DNA from: Clostridia bacterium
GTDB lineage: Bacteria > Bacillota > Clostridia > Christensenellales > Borkfalkiaceae
DNA length: 64,000 bases
Assembly: GCA_017471945.1 (NCBI GenBank)
Contig: JAFURH010000037.1
Location: 3,334 to 67,333, forward strand
Reading direction: 5' to 3'
How positions within the stretch are numbered: the first letter of the stretch is position 1; each line of letters starts with the position of its first letter. The notes beneath the pieces were generated by a model. It did no database searches, had not been told where the DNA came from, and saw nothing but the letters and a program-made list of their open reading frames with translations. This document shows positions 1-11,188 of the stretch, piece after piece. Made by a program: the position numbers and the translations under genes.

Positions 1-678
1 GCGTCGTGGACGCTCGGCGGATATCCTTCTCCTGCGTTGGATATGGTCGCGCATTTGTCCGCAGGGGATAGTTTAGAAGAATGGTATCGTACCTATTACG
101 GAAAGCACGCCGACGAAGTGCGCCGTGCGGTGGAGAGCTTTTGTAAAGGCTTTCAAGAATATCCGTTTGATATTTCCGCTTTGTATTATTCACCCAAAAA
201 TCTCGGTTGTGCGAATTTGTGGACGTTGGAAAAAACCGACCAACGCTCGACGATGATTTCCAATTCATCCGATAATTACGAAGCTTGGATCGGACCTTAC
301 GGTTATGAAATTTATATTTCGCAAATGCAAAAATTGTTGACGGAGTGGGAAAGAAGCGTTTCGCTTTTTGATAGTATAGACTCGCCGCCCGAGAAAGTGC
401 AAGAGCTCGCGTTATACGCAAAAACGGCTTACGCACATTTCGTAAGTGACGTCAATCACACCAAATACGCGTATTTAAAGCGCGAGAAGGAAAAGAATCG
501 AAAAGAACTGTTGTTAGTGATAGATAGAGAAAAAGAGAATACGCTACGCTTATTGGATTGCGCCAAGCGGGATTCCAAAATAGGCTACGAAGCCTCGAAT
601 CATTATTTCTACACACAAAACGGATTATTGGAAAAACTCGTCAATTTGGAAAAATTGACGAAAGAATTGGAAGGATAA
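1..678 (+). CDS. C-terminal part of a hypothetical protein (5' end outside the window)
   Basis: Frame 1 is open from nt 1 (ASWTLGGYPSPALDMV...) to TAA at 676-678. No family recognised by eye. Confidence 0.55.
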   Translation, partial: ASWTLGGYPSPALDMVAHLSAGDSLEEWYRTYYGKHADEVRRAVESFCKGFQEYPFDISALYYSPKNLGCANLWTLEKTDQRSTMISNSSDNYEAWIGPYGYEIYISQMQKLLTEWERSVSLFDSIDSPPEKVQELALYAKTAYAHFVSDVNHTKYAYLKREKEKNRKELLLVIDREKENTLRLLDCAKRDSKIGYEASNHYFYTQNGLLEKLVNLEKLTKELEG

Positions 679-722
679 GCGTAAGTATTCTTTCCGAAGA
701 ATAGATAAAAAGGAGATTGTAT

Positions 723-3700
723 ATGAAAAAAGCGATCAAAAAAGTTGCCCTTGCTTGTCTGCTGTGCTGCGTTTTTGCGGTCGGAGTGGGCACGGCGGTG
801 AGCAGCCCGACTTTTGCGGAAGTAAAAGCCGTTGAGATCGGGAGCGAAGAGATCAAGGATTCCTACGGTTTGGGAACGACGCTCGTAATGCCCAAAAGCG
901 TTTCGGGCGCTTATAACGGCGAACAAACGACGTTTTATAACGGAATTTTGATCTTTCCCGACGGCACGGCGCATTCGGGCTCGCAAATCCCTTTAACGGA
1001 CGTGGGACGGTATATCGCGCGCTATTCGGCAACGACGGAAAACGGTACGGTACGCGCGGAGAAAGAATTTGACGTAAAGCAAAAAAATTGGACGTTGTCT
1101 TCGACGGATTCTACCGCGGAATACAAAAAGGAATTGGAAACCAAAGTGTATCAGGATAAAAAACAGGTGGAAAAGGGGCTGGCGATCTCGCTCGCTTCGG
1201 GGGATACGTTCACTTGGAATACGCCGTTGGATCTGTCGGATACCACGTTGGACGAAGTGATCCGTATCAACCCGCTTTTGGGGGAAGATTACGGACAACT
1301 GAACGGCAGTACGTATATCAACGAACCCGTTGCAGCCTATTGCGACGTCATTTTGACCGATTGTTACGATCCTAACGTATACGTGAAATTACATATGATG
1401 TTCAACGTCGATAAGGGGATACCGTATTTCCGCGTTGGATCGAGCAATCAAGAAGAGGTCGGTTTGGACGGACCGAAAGACGAAGCCGTCGTGACGAATA
1501 AAAATAAGAGGGAAGCGTGGGTAGACGGAGAGCGTTATTGCGCTTGGTTGGAAACGACTACGAGCGGAACTTGGTTGGAATTAGGGTATCCGCGCCCTGA
1601 AAGCTCCGGCTACGGTTGGTCGCTGGATTACGAAACGCAAAGATGGGGAGCAAAGAATAATCAAGCCGCCCCTAAGCTCGTAAACGAACTGAACAACGAA
1701 GGCATTTACGCGGATAATTTATTCGAAGGTTTCACGACGGGAGAGGTTTATCTTTCGGTGAAATGCGGGGATTATTATTCCTCTAAGCCCGCGCGCGTCG
1801 AGATCGTCAGCATCGGACACGCCAGAGGCGAAGCGCTCAAAGAAGCGGATATGCAGGATACGAAAGCGCCCGTGATCGTATTGGACGAGGAAATAACTTC
1901 TCGCGAAACGATCTATTGCGCCGCAGGGGAGAGATTTCCCATTCCCGCCGCACAGGCGTTCGACGTCAGCTTGATCGATACGGTGAAAACCAAAGTATAC
2001 AAAAATTACGGCGAGCCCAATCAAATGGAAGTATTGGTATCGGACGGCGGATTTACGCCTAACGCCTTGGCTACGTACACGATCGAATATTCGGCGGAGG
2101 ACGCAAGCGGTAATATAGCGAAGAAGACGCTAAACGTAACGGCGTTCAACGCCGAAAACGGAAAATCCATTTCGTTTAAGACGGAGAAACTAAAAAGTAT
2201 TTCTGCCGGAGAAGCGGCGGTGTTGCCCGCGTACTCGTTGAGCGGGTATAACGGGGAAACGAAGTTGAAAATTTTCGCGACTTACGAAGGGGAAACGCAA
2301 GAGATCGATTTGGCCTCTATGTCGTTTACGCCTTTACATATCGGCGAATATACAATTACTTACGAATATTCCGACAAGTTTTATTCCTACGAGTACGAAT
2401 ACGCGGTAAATTCGGTTGCTTCGGAGGCGCTCGTGATGATCGATCAACCGATTATGCCCAAATGGTTTATTTACGGCGAAACCTATTCGCTCGAAGATTA
2501 TCCCATTTACAGCTTCACGGAAAAAGACCCGACGCCTTTGACTACGGACGTTTCCGTTTCGTTCGATAACGGGATAACGTTTACGAAGGTAGAAGATACG
2601 AAAGCGTTGAAGATCACGGGAACGGGTACGGCGATTTTCCGTTATAGCTATAACGGCATAGACGTTTATCAAACGGCGGGCGTTCCTATCGTGGACGTTA
2701 CGGGAACGTATACGGAAAAGGGTAAGGAATACGAAGGCATTTGGCTGTATAAATATTTCGCAGGAGATTTTGTGATCAGCGATACGGAACAAGCCGATAT
2801 GCGGTTTGATACGGTGAATAGCAGGGGAACGCAAACGTTATCCTTTATTTCGCCTCTTTCCGCTTCCAATTTCCGTTTAACCTTCTCCATTCCCGAAGGC
2901 AGGGATAATTTCTCGGCTATGAAGATCGTATTGACCGATTACTACGATCCCGAAAACCAAACGGTGATCGCGTATGAAAAGGAAGGCGAAAACGTTCATT
3001 TCAGCGTTGACGGCGGGGAAAAAACCGTGCTGAAAGATCCCTTTGCTTCAACGGTAAGCAAAACCATTTACTACGATTTTGCCAATAGCGTATTAAGACA
3101 TCCCGAAGGCTCGGGACTTTATATCTACGATTTTATTTCGGATAAATGCTATTTGGACGTGATCTTCGAGAATTGCACGGCCGTTTCTTCGATCGTCGTG
3201 AAACAGGTCGGCAACAACGTGGTGAAAAACACCGTGCACGAGGATAAATCCGCGCCGACAATTACCGTTCACAAAAACAACGGGAACAAACTTTTGAATT
3301 CGGAAATCACTATTTACGCGGCGGAAATTATCGACGTTCTTTCTTCCGTATTAGATAAAAATATCACGGTTTCCGTCATAGATCCCGACGGCAACGACGT
3401 GGAGAGCGTAGACGGCGTGAAGCTCAGTAAACGCAAGCCTGCCAACGCTACGCGTGATTACGTGATCAAATTAACGCAGGTGGGCACTTACAAGGTTTCT
3501 TACGCGGGAAAAGATAACAACAATAAAGCGTTGGAACTCAATTATAATATCAACGTTTACCGCAATCAAGCCCCCGTGATCACCTTTGATAAAGGCTACA
3601 CGGAAGATACGTTGTTAAAGATCAAGCTTGGCGAGTCTATTTCTTTGCCGAAATACACGATCGTTGACGATTCGCCTTTGGAGGAATTGACGGTTACCGT

Positions 3701-3857
3701 GGCGCTCTTGTGCGAAACGGACGGCGTTGTATATCCGTTTGAAAAAGGTGTGAAAAAAGTGACCGTGCGCGGAAAAGGCTATTACAGGTTGTACGTCAAC
3801 GCGTGTGACCCCGACGATAATTTCAGTAATGCGTATTATCGGATTTTGGTTTCGTAA
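723..3857 (+). CDS. Secreted ~1040-aa protein with repeated Ig-like (DUF5011-type) modules; paralog of 43784..46942
   Basis: GGAG at 712-715 sits 7 nt before ATG 723; the track start TTG 717 is too close to it. Signal peptide KKVALACLLCCVFAVGVGTAVSSPTFA. Repeated module starts DTKAPVIVLDEE, DKSAPTITVHKN, NQAPVITFDKG. Collinear similarity to 43784..46942 (FEGFTTGEVYLSV vs FKGFTTGEVYVSV; LTDCYDPNVYV vs ITDCYDSNNYI). Confidence 0.8.
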   Translation: MKKAIKKVALACLLCCVFAVGVGTAVSSPTFAEVKAVEIGSEEIKDSYGLGTTLVMPKSVSGAYNGEQTTFYNGILIFPDGTAHSGSQIPLTDVGRYIARYSATTENGTVRAEKEFDVKQKNWTLSSTDSTAEYKKELETKVYQDKKQVEKGLAISLASGDTFTWNTPLDLSDTTLDEVIRINPLLGEDYGQLNGSTYINEPVAAYCDVILTDCYDPNVYVKLHMMFNVDKGIPYFRVGSSNQEEVGLDGPKDEAVVTNKNKREAWVDGERYCAWLETTTSGTWLELGYPRPESSGYGWSLDYETQRWGAKNNQAAPKLVNELNNEGIYADNLFEGFTTGEVYLSVKCGDYYSSKPARVEIVSIGHARGEALKEADMQDTKAPVIVLDEEITSRETIYCAAGERFPIPAAQAFDVSLIDTVKTKVYKNYGEPNQMEVLVSDGGFTPNALATYTIEYSAEDASGNIAKKTLNVTAFNAENGKSISFKTEKLKSISAGEAAVLPAYSLSGYNGETKLKIFATYEGETQEIDLASMSFTPLHIGEYTITYEYSDKFYSYEYEYAVNSVASEALVMIDQPIMPKWFIYGETYSLEDYPIYSFTEKDPTPLTTDVSVSFDNGITFTKVEDTKALKITGTGTAIFRYSYNGIDVYQTAGVPIVDVTGTYTEKGKEYEGIWLYKYFAGDFVISDTEQADMRFDTVNSRGTQTLSFISPLSASNFRLTFSIPEGRDNFSAMKIVLTDYYDPENQTVIAYEKEGENVHFSVDGGEKTVLKDPFASTVSKTIYYDFANSVLRHPEGSGLYIYDFISDKCYLDVIFENCTAVSSIVVKQVGNNVVKNTVHEDKSAPTITVHKNNGNKLLNSEITIYAAEIIDVLSSVLDKNITVSVIDPDGNDVESVDGVKLSKRKPANATRDYVIKLTQVGTYKVSYAGKDNNNKALELNYNINVYRNQAPVITFDKGYTEDTLLKIKLGESISLPKYTIVDDSPLEELTVTVALLCETDGVVYPFEKGVKKVTVRGKGYYRLYVNACDPDDNFSNAYYRILVS

Positions 3858-3869
3858 GGAGGAAGAGAG

Positions 3870-5981
3870 ATGAAAAAGAAAGGATTATTAAGAAGCTTAC
3901 TTTGCATAATCTTGGCAGGTACGACGCTGTTTGCGTCTTGCTCTTCCGAGACGCAAAATACGAACGCACTCGTGGAAAAGCTCTCGTTTACGGGCACGCA
4001 CGAGTTGACCGCGACCGATACGGAAATCGATTTCGTGAAGGACGGAAGAACGGAGTACGTTTTGGTGAAGCCTGCGGAATACAGCGAAAAGCTGATGACG
4101 GCGGAAACGGAATTCAAATATTTCTTTGAAAAAGCGACGGGCATCGAGATCAAATCGACGACGGACGAGGGCTTGACTCATAGCCCCACGAATAAATATA
4201 TTTCGCTCGGGGAAACCACTTTGTTTGAAACTTCAGGGCTTTCCTACGATCAAACCGCGCTTACCGCCGACGGCGTTCGGATTATCACGCAAGATAACAC
4301 GGTGTTTTTGTTAGGCGGCAGAGCGGACGGGATCGTTCACGCGGTTTATACCTTTATGGAGATTTATTTTAATCTCGAAACGTATTATAAAGATTGCTTC
4401 GTGATCGACGAGGACGTGAAAGATTTAAAATTGAAGAATTTTAACGTGACGGATATTCCCGACGTGCCGGTAAGATGTTACAGCTCCAACGATTTCGGGA
4501 TTAACGATCCCACGAACGTCGATTACGACTCGCGAATGCTCGCATACCGTTGGCGATACAGAGATAATCTCAATTCCAACGTAATGCCGATTTTTAAAGA
4601 GTTTAACAATAAAAACGCGGCTTTGAGCAGACAGCATAATTGTACGATTTGGTATCCCAGAGAGCAATACCAAACAGAGTACCCCGAATGGTTTTCGACG
4701 GCGGGCGATCAGCTTTGCTATCTTGCAAGAGGCGATCAGGAGAAATTTGAAGAAATGGCGTTGGTTGGAGCGGCGAAGCTCATCAATTCTTTGATTTTCT
4801 ATCCGGCTGAAAAATATCCCGATTACGAATTCGTCACGCTTACGATGAACGATAATCAAGCGTATTGTAAATGCGAAGCTTGCAAGGAAGTAAAAGAGGC
4901 GAGCGGGGGAACGGATACGGCGGCGTCGATCATTTTATGTAACCGCATTATGGAGATCGTAGACGCGTGGATGGACGAAACCCCGTGCGACGATTATACC
5001 AACGTAAAAGCGTTTTTGGAAACGCAAGGAATCACGGTAGAAAGCAGCGCGCCGTATAAAAGAGATATCGTTTTGTGCTTCTTTGCCTACGGCAAATCTT
5101 GCATACCGCCTACCACTGTTTATAACGAAGAAACGAAAAAATACGAAGTGACGGATAAAAGATGGGAAATGCGCGATAACGTAGGCGTTTGGTATGCGGA
5201 ATCGGCTTGGGATTATCATCAGGATATCTATGCGGATATCAATAAAGAAATCTTGACGAGATTTCAGATTTGGTCGGATATCGCCACGGGCGGTATGATG
5301 TTGTGGCACTATGCTTTAAAGCATACGGCGTTTACCTACTTTTTCGACAGTTTCAGTTGGTATAACCGCGACGCGTATACGGTTATGGCGGCGTTCGATA
5401 CGCGCTATTGTTATACGCAAGGAACGGGCGGCTACGGTCTTTGCACGGGATTTTCGTCGTTGAAAACGTATATCGACGCGAAATTGCTTTGGAATTGCAA
5501 TCAGGATATAGGACCGTTGATAGATAATTATTTTAACGCAATGTATGCGGAAGCTGCGCCGATCGTGCAGGGGATTTTTACGGATATGCGTATGTATTCC
5601 TCGCAGATGAATACGGTGAGAGAATTCTATAAAAATTCCAGCGGTACGACGGATTATACGTCTTCTAAATTTTGGTCGTATAGAGTGTTGGAAAAATGGG
5701 CGAACCAATTTGACGAAGCTTCGGCGTTGATCAAAGAAAAATACGAAAAAATAGACCCTAATTTGTGCGAATCTTATTTAAAACATATTGAAATGGAATG
5801 GATATCCGTCGCCTTTGCGATGATCAGTTTGTATTTCGATAAAGAAGCGGCGTTGCCGATCACGTCGGCTGAGGCGTTGGCGTTTAAGCTTCGGTTTCGC
5901 GACGTCGTTGCGAAATATCCTTTGATGAGCGGTGGGGAAGGCGAGCCTACGTTGCTTGACTATATCGAAGCCAGACTGTAA
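3870..5981 (+). CDS. DUF4838-like lipoprotein (putative glycoside-hydrolase-like); paralog of 46961..49027
   Basis: AGGAGGAAGAGAG precedes the ATG. Lipobox LFASC. The block YISLGETTLFETSG...DGVRIITQDNTVFLLGG...VHAVYTFMEIYF is nearly the same as in 46961..49027. Both share a Cys cluster (CKCEACKE vs CACSKCTE). Confidence 0.7.
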   Translation: MKKKGLLRSLLCIILAGTTLFASCSSETQNTNALVEKLSFTGTHELTATDTEIDFVKDGRTEYVLVKPAEYSEKLMTAETEFKYFFEKATGIEIKSTTDEGLTHSPTNKYISLGETTLFETSGLSYDQTALTADGVRIITQDNTVFLLGGRADGIVHAVYTFMEIYFNLETYYKDCFVIDEDVKDLKLKNFNVTDIPDVPVRCYSSNDFGINDPTNVDYDSRMLAYRWRYRDNLNSNVMPIFKEFNNKNAALSRQHNCTIWYPREQYQTEYPEWFSTAGDQLCYLARGDQEKFEEMALVGAAKLINSLIFYPAEKYPDYEFVTLTMNDNQAYCKCEACKEVKEASGGTDTAASIILCNRIMEIVDAWMDETPCDDYTNVKAFLETQGITVESSAPYKRDIVLCFFAYGKSCIPPTTVYNEETKKYEVTDKRWEMRDNVGVWYAESAWDYHQDIYADINKEILTRFQIWSDIATGGMMLWHYALKHTAFTYFFDSFSWYNRDAYTVMAAFDTRYCYTQGTGGYGLCTGFSSLKTYIDAKLLWNCNQDIGPLIDNYFNAMYAEAAPIVQGIFTDMRMYSSQMNTVREFYKNSSGTTDYTSSKFWSYRVLEKWANQFDEASALIKEKYEKIDPNLCESYLKHIEMEWISVAFAMISLYFDKEAALPITSAEALAFKLRFRDVVAKYPLMSGGEGEPTLLDYIEARL

Positions 5982-5999
5982 GGGATAGGAGAAAAAACG

Positions 6000-8900
6000 A
6001 TGAAAAGAATTTTTAGAAAATTATTGTTGGCGATTTCGTCCGTCGTTATGCTGTTCGTTTTGTGCGGTTGCAGTTGCGAGGGCGCGGCGGAAAAACCGAG
6101 CGACGAAAATAAAAACGAGCTATCCTTAAATAAAACGTCTTTGTCGCTGATCGTTGGCGAAAGAACGGAAACGGCTTTGTTTCCCGTTTACGACGGAACG
6201 CTTGACGGGTATACTTTTTCTTCTGCCAATGAAGAAATTGCGGTGGTTGACGAGCTTGGGTTCGTGACGGGTATCGGCGAGGGAACGACTACCGTTTCTT
6301 TTGGCAAAGGAACGCATTCTGCCGATTGCACCGTCAGCGTTTCCGCAAACGGTATGATCCCCGTGCTCTATTTCGAGAACGAATTGGGCGGAGAAAAGAC
6401 GAATGCGCTTATCTCCTTAACGGACGAATGTAATTTGCGGGCGAAGGTGAAATTTAACGGGATTCTTTACGACGATTTGAACGTGGAGTATACGGTTGCG
6501 GACGAAACGGTCGGCAGCGTGGAGGACGGCGTTTTTAAGCCGAAAAAGAAGGGAACGACGCAAGTGACTTTAACGGCGAGTTGGAGAAACTTTAACGACG
6601 AAATATCCAAAGAGGCGTTGTCTTGCGTTGTAACGATCACCGTTAAAGACGAGATCCGTTTGTACGTAAATCAAACCAACGAAGATGCGTTTACTATCTA
6701 CACGTTAGATCGCTTTGCAGGAGAAAACTATCCGACGGAAACGGCGTTCGTTGCGACTTGTTGGAAAAACGGGGCAACGGCGACGGATATAAAAGTGAAC
6801 GTGGAGCTTCTGGACGGAGAGGATTACGTGGAATACGATTCGTCCGCGCAAACGTTCAGCGCAAAGAAATTCGGGAACGCGAAAATTAAACTTTCCTGTG
6901 TCGTGGATGGCGAGAAATACGAAAGAACCGTTGCAGTGAAGGTGGAACGCCCGATCGCGGAGTATTCGGAAAACCTCTCGTTATTTTCGGCTGTGGACGG
7001 ACTCGTGAACGTTCAACAAAGCGAAGGATACGTTAAAAAACTCGTGGGCGATCTGGTGTTATCGCAAGAGGACGGCGCGATCTACGACGCGTATCTTAAA
7101 ACGGGCGAGCCGTTGACGGTCAAAGACGGGAAAATTCTCGGCGTGCCGACCCGTCAAACGAGTATCACCGAAACGGAGCTTTTGATCGGAACGGAAACGG
7201 TTCGTTATAGCGTGAAAATAAAAGGCTATACGAAGGTGTTGACGGAAGCGAAGGATTTCGATTCGCTTGCCGCGGAAGCGGGCGTTGTGAAAACGGGATA
7301 TTATATTTTAATGAACGACGTGGATATGGCAGGGCATACGATCGCGCATCAACTGCCCGATTATCAAAGCGCCTCGATCGGGTATTCGGGAATGACGGCG
7401 TTGAGCCTTGAAAAAGTCGAGCCCTACGGTTTCGGCGGGGTATTCGACGGGCAAGGGCACGTGATCAGAAACCTGACTTTGGGAACGAGCACGCAAGCCG
7501 ATCTTTCCAAAAAGGCTACCGATTATAACCTTAACTTGAAACAACAGGAACTGTTAAACGGCGGTTTGTTCGGGTATCTTAGAGGAACGGCGGAAGATCC
7601 GTTCGAGATCAAGAATTTTGCGCTCGTAAACGTCACCGCGAACGGCGCGCCGATTTTCGCGTTGGCTTGTCAGGGCGAAACCAAAAACGACGGAAACAGG
7701 GTGCACGATATTTATATCGAGGTGAATCCCGAATCCGTCCGCTTGCACGGGCTGTATACGGTAATGGACGACGAATGTATGCGCACGTTGACGGAAAATG
7801 TCGTGCTGTCTTATCCCGTCGCGGAATCGGATTTGTACGTAAAAGACGGCGGTTTGAAATGGCAGGGCGGCACGCTCGCGTATTGCTCATATCGTTTTAT
7901 TGCGGGATACGTGACGGATATGCCCGCAAATTTTCAAAACGTAAATATGATTTCGGGAAGCCCCGTTTCCCTCAGGTGGGAAAACGCTTCCACACCGATG
8001 GGAAAAAATCAATACGTCGTTTATGCGGCGAATCAAACGCCCGCAGGGGAATTGACGACGGGAAAAAAGAACGTGACGGGCTACGCGCAGTTGAGTACGG
8101 TATATAGCTATCAAACGAGCGAGCAATTTGCGGACGACGTAGCAGCGCGTTGGAAGAAATTCGATTCGTCGGTATGGAAAATGGTCAACGGAGTTCCCAC
8201 TTTCCGCGCGTTGGCGGCAGACGTCAGCGTAGACGGCGAAAGAATAGACGGCGCAACGCCGATCGACGCGTATTTGAAGCACGGAAACGAAAAGCAGATC
8301 GAAAGCGTGATGCCGCAGGGCGGAACGTTTGTCGGCTATCGTTCTTCCGACGAGAACGTTTTGACGATAGATGAAAACGGTCGCGTAACGATCAAAGAAA
8401 CGACCGAAGTAAAAGAAGCGTACGTAACGTTGGAATATACCTTTGCGGGAGAAACTTTTGAGGAAAGGATCAATTTCCACATCGTGCCCGAAATTATTAC
8501 GATCGACACGGAGTTCGAATTTTCGGCACTCGACGGCGTGTTGCCGTACGAGGCGCTGGGCTTGACGGATATTGAGATTTTGTCCGCGAAGCAAGGAGAT
8601 CGGGAGCTTTCCGTAACGCAAGACGGTCGCGTTTTGGACGTTAAGGTTTCGATTTTGGCGGATAAGTCGGGCGTGGGCTTCGTAGAGCTTCTTTTGGAAA
8701 CGGAAAACTTCACGTATCGGTTGACGAAAGTAAAAGCATATTCCAAGATCATTGAAACGGCGGAAGATCTCGCCGTGCTGGATATCGTTACCGCCGATTA
8801 CCGTTTAGACGGGTATTATGTATTGAAAAACAATATTGATTTGGAAGGCGCGACCTTCTGGCATAAGGGCGTCTACGATACCACGGAAAGAAAGGAAATC

Positions 8901-9674
8901 GACAGCGACGGTGGGTTCTACGGTATCTTTGAAGGGAACGGCTATACGATCAGCAATTTAAAAGCGACGTATTGCGGCTTGTTCGGACGGATCGGCGAAG
9001 GCGCGATCGTCAGAAATCTCGGCGTAGCGAACGTAGACGTAACGGGTGTAAAAGGATTCTCGACGGGGATCGGCGGCGTTGGCTTAGCGTATAGGATCAA
9101 AGGCGAATCCGAAGCGAAAACGCTTTTGGATAACGTGTATATTCATATCGATCCCAACGACGTCAATGCTATGCGCAGTAGCCTTTACGGTGCTATTGCG
9201 TTCTATCAGTCGAATGAACACGTTTCGTATCGTAACGTAATCGTAGAATATGATCCGTTAGTGGACGCGTCGATAAAATCGCAAGACAAAGGCACGTTGT
9301 TTATGTACGATTCGGAAACGGACGAAACGCGAAACGGGACGAACGCCATAACTAAGAGAACGGATACTATGCAAGAAGTATACGTAATTTCGCCGATAGT
9401 GAATTTGATCGAATGGCGTACGGCAGAGCCTACGGCTGAAAATCCCGAAGGCGTATATGCGTATAGATACTACGCCGAAAACGAAGGCAAAACGGAAAGC
9501 GCGAACGACGGGATTTACGTTTATAAAAACGTGAGAAGATACGATACGTTTGCAGATTTCTCTGCTGATAGCGATAAATCCACGAGCGGGTTTAACGCCT
9601 CGTATTGGGATTTCAGCGGTAACGGACCGACGTGGAAGAGCGCGCCCGTTGCAAGTGAGCCCGCCGAAGAATAA
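6000..9674 (+). CDS. Large lipoprotein with Big_2-type Ig domains and two GLUG-like beta-helix modules; paralog of 49053..52547
   Basis: Lipobox VLCGC. Big_2-like LSLNKTSLSLIVGE...ANEEIAVVDELGFVTGIGEGTTTVSF. Two copies of the module GYYIL.ND.D....FDG.G..I.NL...GLFG...: GGVFDGQGHVIRNLTLG and GIFEGNGYTISNLKATYCGLFGRIGEGAIVRNLGV. Confidence 0.8.
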   Translation: MKRIFRKLLLAISSVVMLFVLCGCSCEGAAEKPSDENKNELSLNKTSLSLIVGERTETALFPVYDGTLDGYTFSSANEEIAVVDELGFVTGIGEGTTTVSFGKGTHSADCTVSVSANGMIPVLYFENELGGEKTNALISLTDECNLRAKVKFNGILYDDLNVEYTVADETVGSVEDGVFKPKKKGTTQVTLTASWRNFNDEISKEALSCVVTITVKDEIRLYVNQTNEDAFTIYTLDRFAGENYPTETAFVATCWKNGATATDIKVNVELLDGEDYVEYDSSAQTFSAKKFGNAKIKLSCVVDGEKYERTVAVKVERPIAEYSENLSLFSAVDGLVNVQQSEGYVKKLVGDLVLSQEDGAIYDAYLKTGEPLTVKDGKILGVPTRQTSITETELLIGTETVRYSVKIKGYTKVLTEAKDFDSLAAEAGVVKTGYYILMNDVDMAGHTIAHQLPDYQSASIGYSGMTALSLEKVEPYGFGGVFDGQGHVIRNLTLGTSTQADLSKKATDYNLNLKQQELLNGGLFGYLRGTAEDPFEIKNFALVNVTANGAPIFALACQGETKNDGNRVHDIYIEVNPESVRLHGLYTVMDDECMRTLTENVVLSYPVAESDLYVKDGGLKWQGGTLAYCSYRFIAGYVTDMPANFQNVNMISGSPVSLRWENASTPMGKNQYVVYAANQTPAGELTTGKKNVTGYAQLSTVYSYQTSEQFADDVAARWKKFDSSVWKMVNGVPTFRALAADVSVDGERIDGATPIDAYLKHGNEKQIESVMPQGGTFVGYRSSDENVLTIDENGRVTIKETTEVKEAYVTLEYTFAGETFEERINFHIVPEIITIDTEFEFSALDGVLPYEALGLTDIEILSAKQGDRELSVTQDGRVLDVKVSILADKSGVGFVELLLETENFTYRLTKVKAYSKIIETAEDLAVLDIVTADYRLDGYYVLKNNIDLEGATFWHKGVYDTTERKEIDSDGGFYGIFEGNGYTISNLKATYCGLFGRIGEGAIVRNLGVANVDVTGVKGFSTGIGGVGLAYRIKGESEAKTLLDNVYIHIDPNDVNAMRSSLYGAIAFYQSNEHVSYRNVIVEYDPLVDASIKSQDKGTLFMYDSETDETRNGTNAITKRTDTMQEVYVISPIVNLIEWRTAEPTAENPEGVYAYRYYAENEGKTESANDGIYVYKNVRRYDTFADFSADSDKSTSGFNASYWDFSGNGPTWKSAPVASEPAEE

Positions 9675-9686
9675 ACGATAAAAGCA

Positions 9687-9722
9687 GAGGCGGACGCGAT
9701 GTTCCGCGTTCGCCTCGTTTTT
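9687..9722 (+). terminator. Rho-independent terminator after the first cassette
   Basis: 12-bp stem gaggcggacgcg / cgcgttcgcctc (one G-T pair), 6-nt loop, then gTTTTT. Confidence 0.7.
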
Positions 9723-9744
9723 AGAAAAGAAGGAGTAAATAAAA

Positions 9745-11133
9745 ATGATTATTGAAAACGGTAAAGCAAAAGAAGTTAAAATTGCGTACGTGGGCGGCGG
9801 CTCGCGCGGTTGGGCGTGGATGTTGATGAGCGATCTCGTAAGCTGTGAAGATATGAGCGGAACGGTACGTTTATACGACATTGATAAGAAAGCGGCGGAA
9901 CACAATAAGATCGTCGGTGAAAAATTCAACGGCGCGGAAGGCGCGGTAAGTAAATGGAGCTACGAGGTTTTCGATACGCTTTCCGACGCGCTTAAAGGCG
10001 CGGATTTCGTCGTGATCTCCATTATGCCCGGTACGTTCGACGAAATGCAATCGGACGTACACGAACCCGAAAAATACGGAATCTATCAATCGGTGGGCGA
10101 TACGGTCGGCGCAGGTGGGATCGTGCGCGCGCTCAGAACCGCGCCTATGATGGAAGAAATCGCGTTTGCCGTACGGGATAATTGCCCCAACGCGTGGGTA
10201 ATTAACTATACCAACCCGATGACGATGTGCGTGAAAACGCTGTATCGGGCGTTTCCTCAAATCAAGGCGTTCGGGTGCTGTCACGAGGTGTTTGCAACGC
10301 AAAGGCTGTTGGCGACCGCTTTGGAGGATATTTTAGGTATCAAAGGGGTAACGAGAGAAGAAATTAAGGTAAATCCGATTGGTATCAATCATTTCACGTG
10401 GTTGACGGAAGCGAAGTATCACGACATCGATTTGTTCGAGGTGTATGCAAAATTCGTGAATAAATATTACGAAAGCGGTTATAACGAGGAATTGCAAGAC
10501 AATTGGGCGAACAAATTTTGGAAGAGAGCGGAACGAGTCAAAATGGACTTGTTTAAACGCTACGGCGTGATCGCGGCTGCGGGAGATCGGCATTTGGCGG
10601 AGTTCTGCCCCGGGAATTGGTATTTAAAGGATAGAGAAACGGTAGACGATTGGATGTTTGCGATCACGGACGTTTTGTGGCGTCGTGAAGATTTAAAAAC
10701 TCGTTTGCAAAAGAGCGAGGATTTAAGAACGGGAAAAAAGAACGCCGTATTAGAGCCTTCGGGAGAGGACGGGGTGAATCAAATGCGTGCGCTACTCGGC
10801 TTGCACGAAATGATCACGAACGTCAATATTCCGAACGTGGGGCAGATTCCGAATTTGCCTTTGGGCGCAGTCGTAGAAACCAACGCGATATTCAGAACGG
10901 ACGAAGTAAAGCCCGTGTTTGCAGGGCCGATTCCCAAGCAGTTATACGCAATGATCGCGCATATCGTCGGAGAACAGGAAGCGCTTGACGAAGCGATCGC
11001 GGAAAGGAGCTTGGAAAAGGCGTTCAACGTGTTTGCGGGTAGTCCGCAAGTGCGCTGTTCTTTGTCTGACGCAAGAATGCTGTTTGATACTATGATCGAA
11101 AACACGAAAGAATATTTGCCCGACTATAAATAA
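9745..11133 (+). CDS. Glycoside hydrolase family 4 (NAD+/Mn2+-dependent glycosidase, LplD/alpha-galacturonidase-like)
   Basis: N-terminal Rossmann motif KIAYVGGGSRGWAW. GH4-type FGCCHEV cysteine motif. INYTNPM block. 462 aa is typical of the family. AGGAG ribosome-binding site. Confidence 0.8.
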   Translation: MIIENGKAKEVKIAYVGGGSRGWAWMLMSDLVSCEDMSGTVRLYDIDKKAAEHNKIVGEKFNGAEGAVSKWSYEVFDTLSDALKGADFVVISIMPGTFDEMQSDVHEPEKYGIYQSVGDTVGAGGIVRALRTAPMMEEIAFAVRDNCPNAWVINYTNPMTMCVKTLYRAFPQIKAFGCCHEVFATQRLLATALEDILGIKGVTREEIKVNPIGINHFTWLTEAKYHDIDLFEVYAKFVNKYYESGYNEELQDNWANKFWKRAERVKMDLFKRYGVIAAAGDRHLAEFCPGNWYLKDRETVDDWMFAITDVLWRREDLKTRLQKSEDLRTGKKNAVLEPSGEDGVNQMRALLGLHEMITNVNIPNVGQIPNLPLGAVVETNAIFRTDEVKPVFAGPIPKQLYAMIAHIVGEQEALDEAIAERSLEKAFNVFAGSPQVRCSLSDARMLFDTMIENTKEYLPDYK

Positions 11134-11188
11134 TGAGGGCAATGCAAAAATAAAAAACGGTAAACGATTTATTAAAGGAGTAAAAACA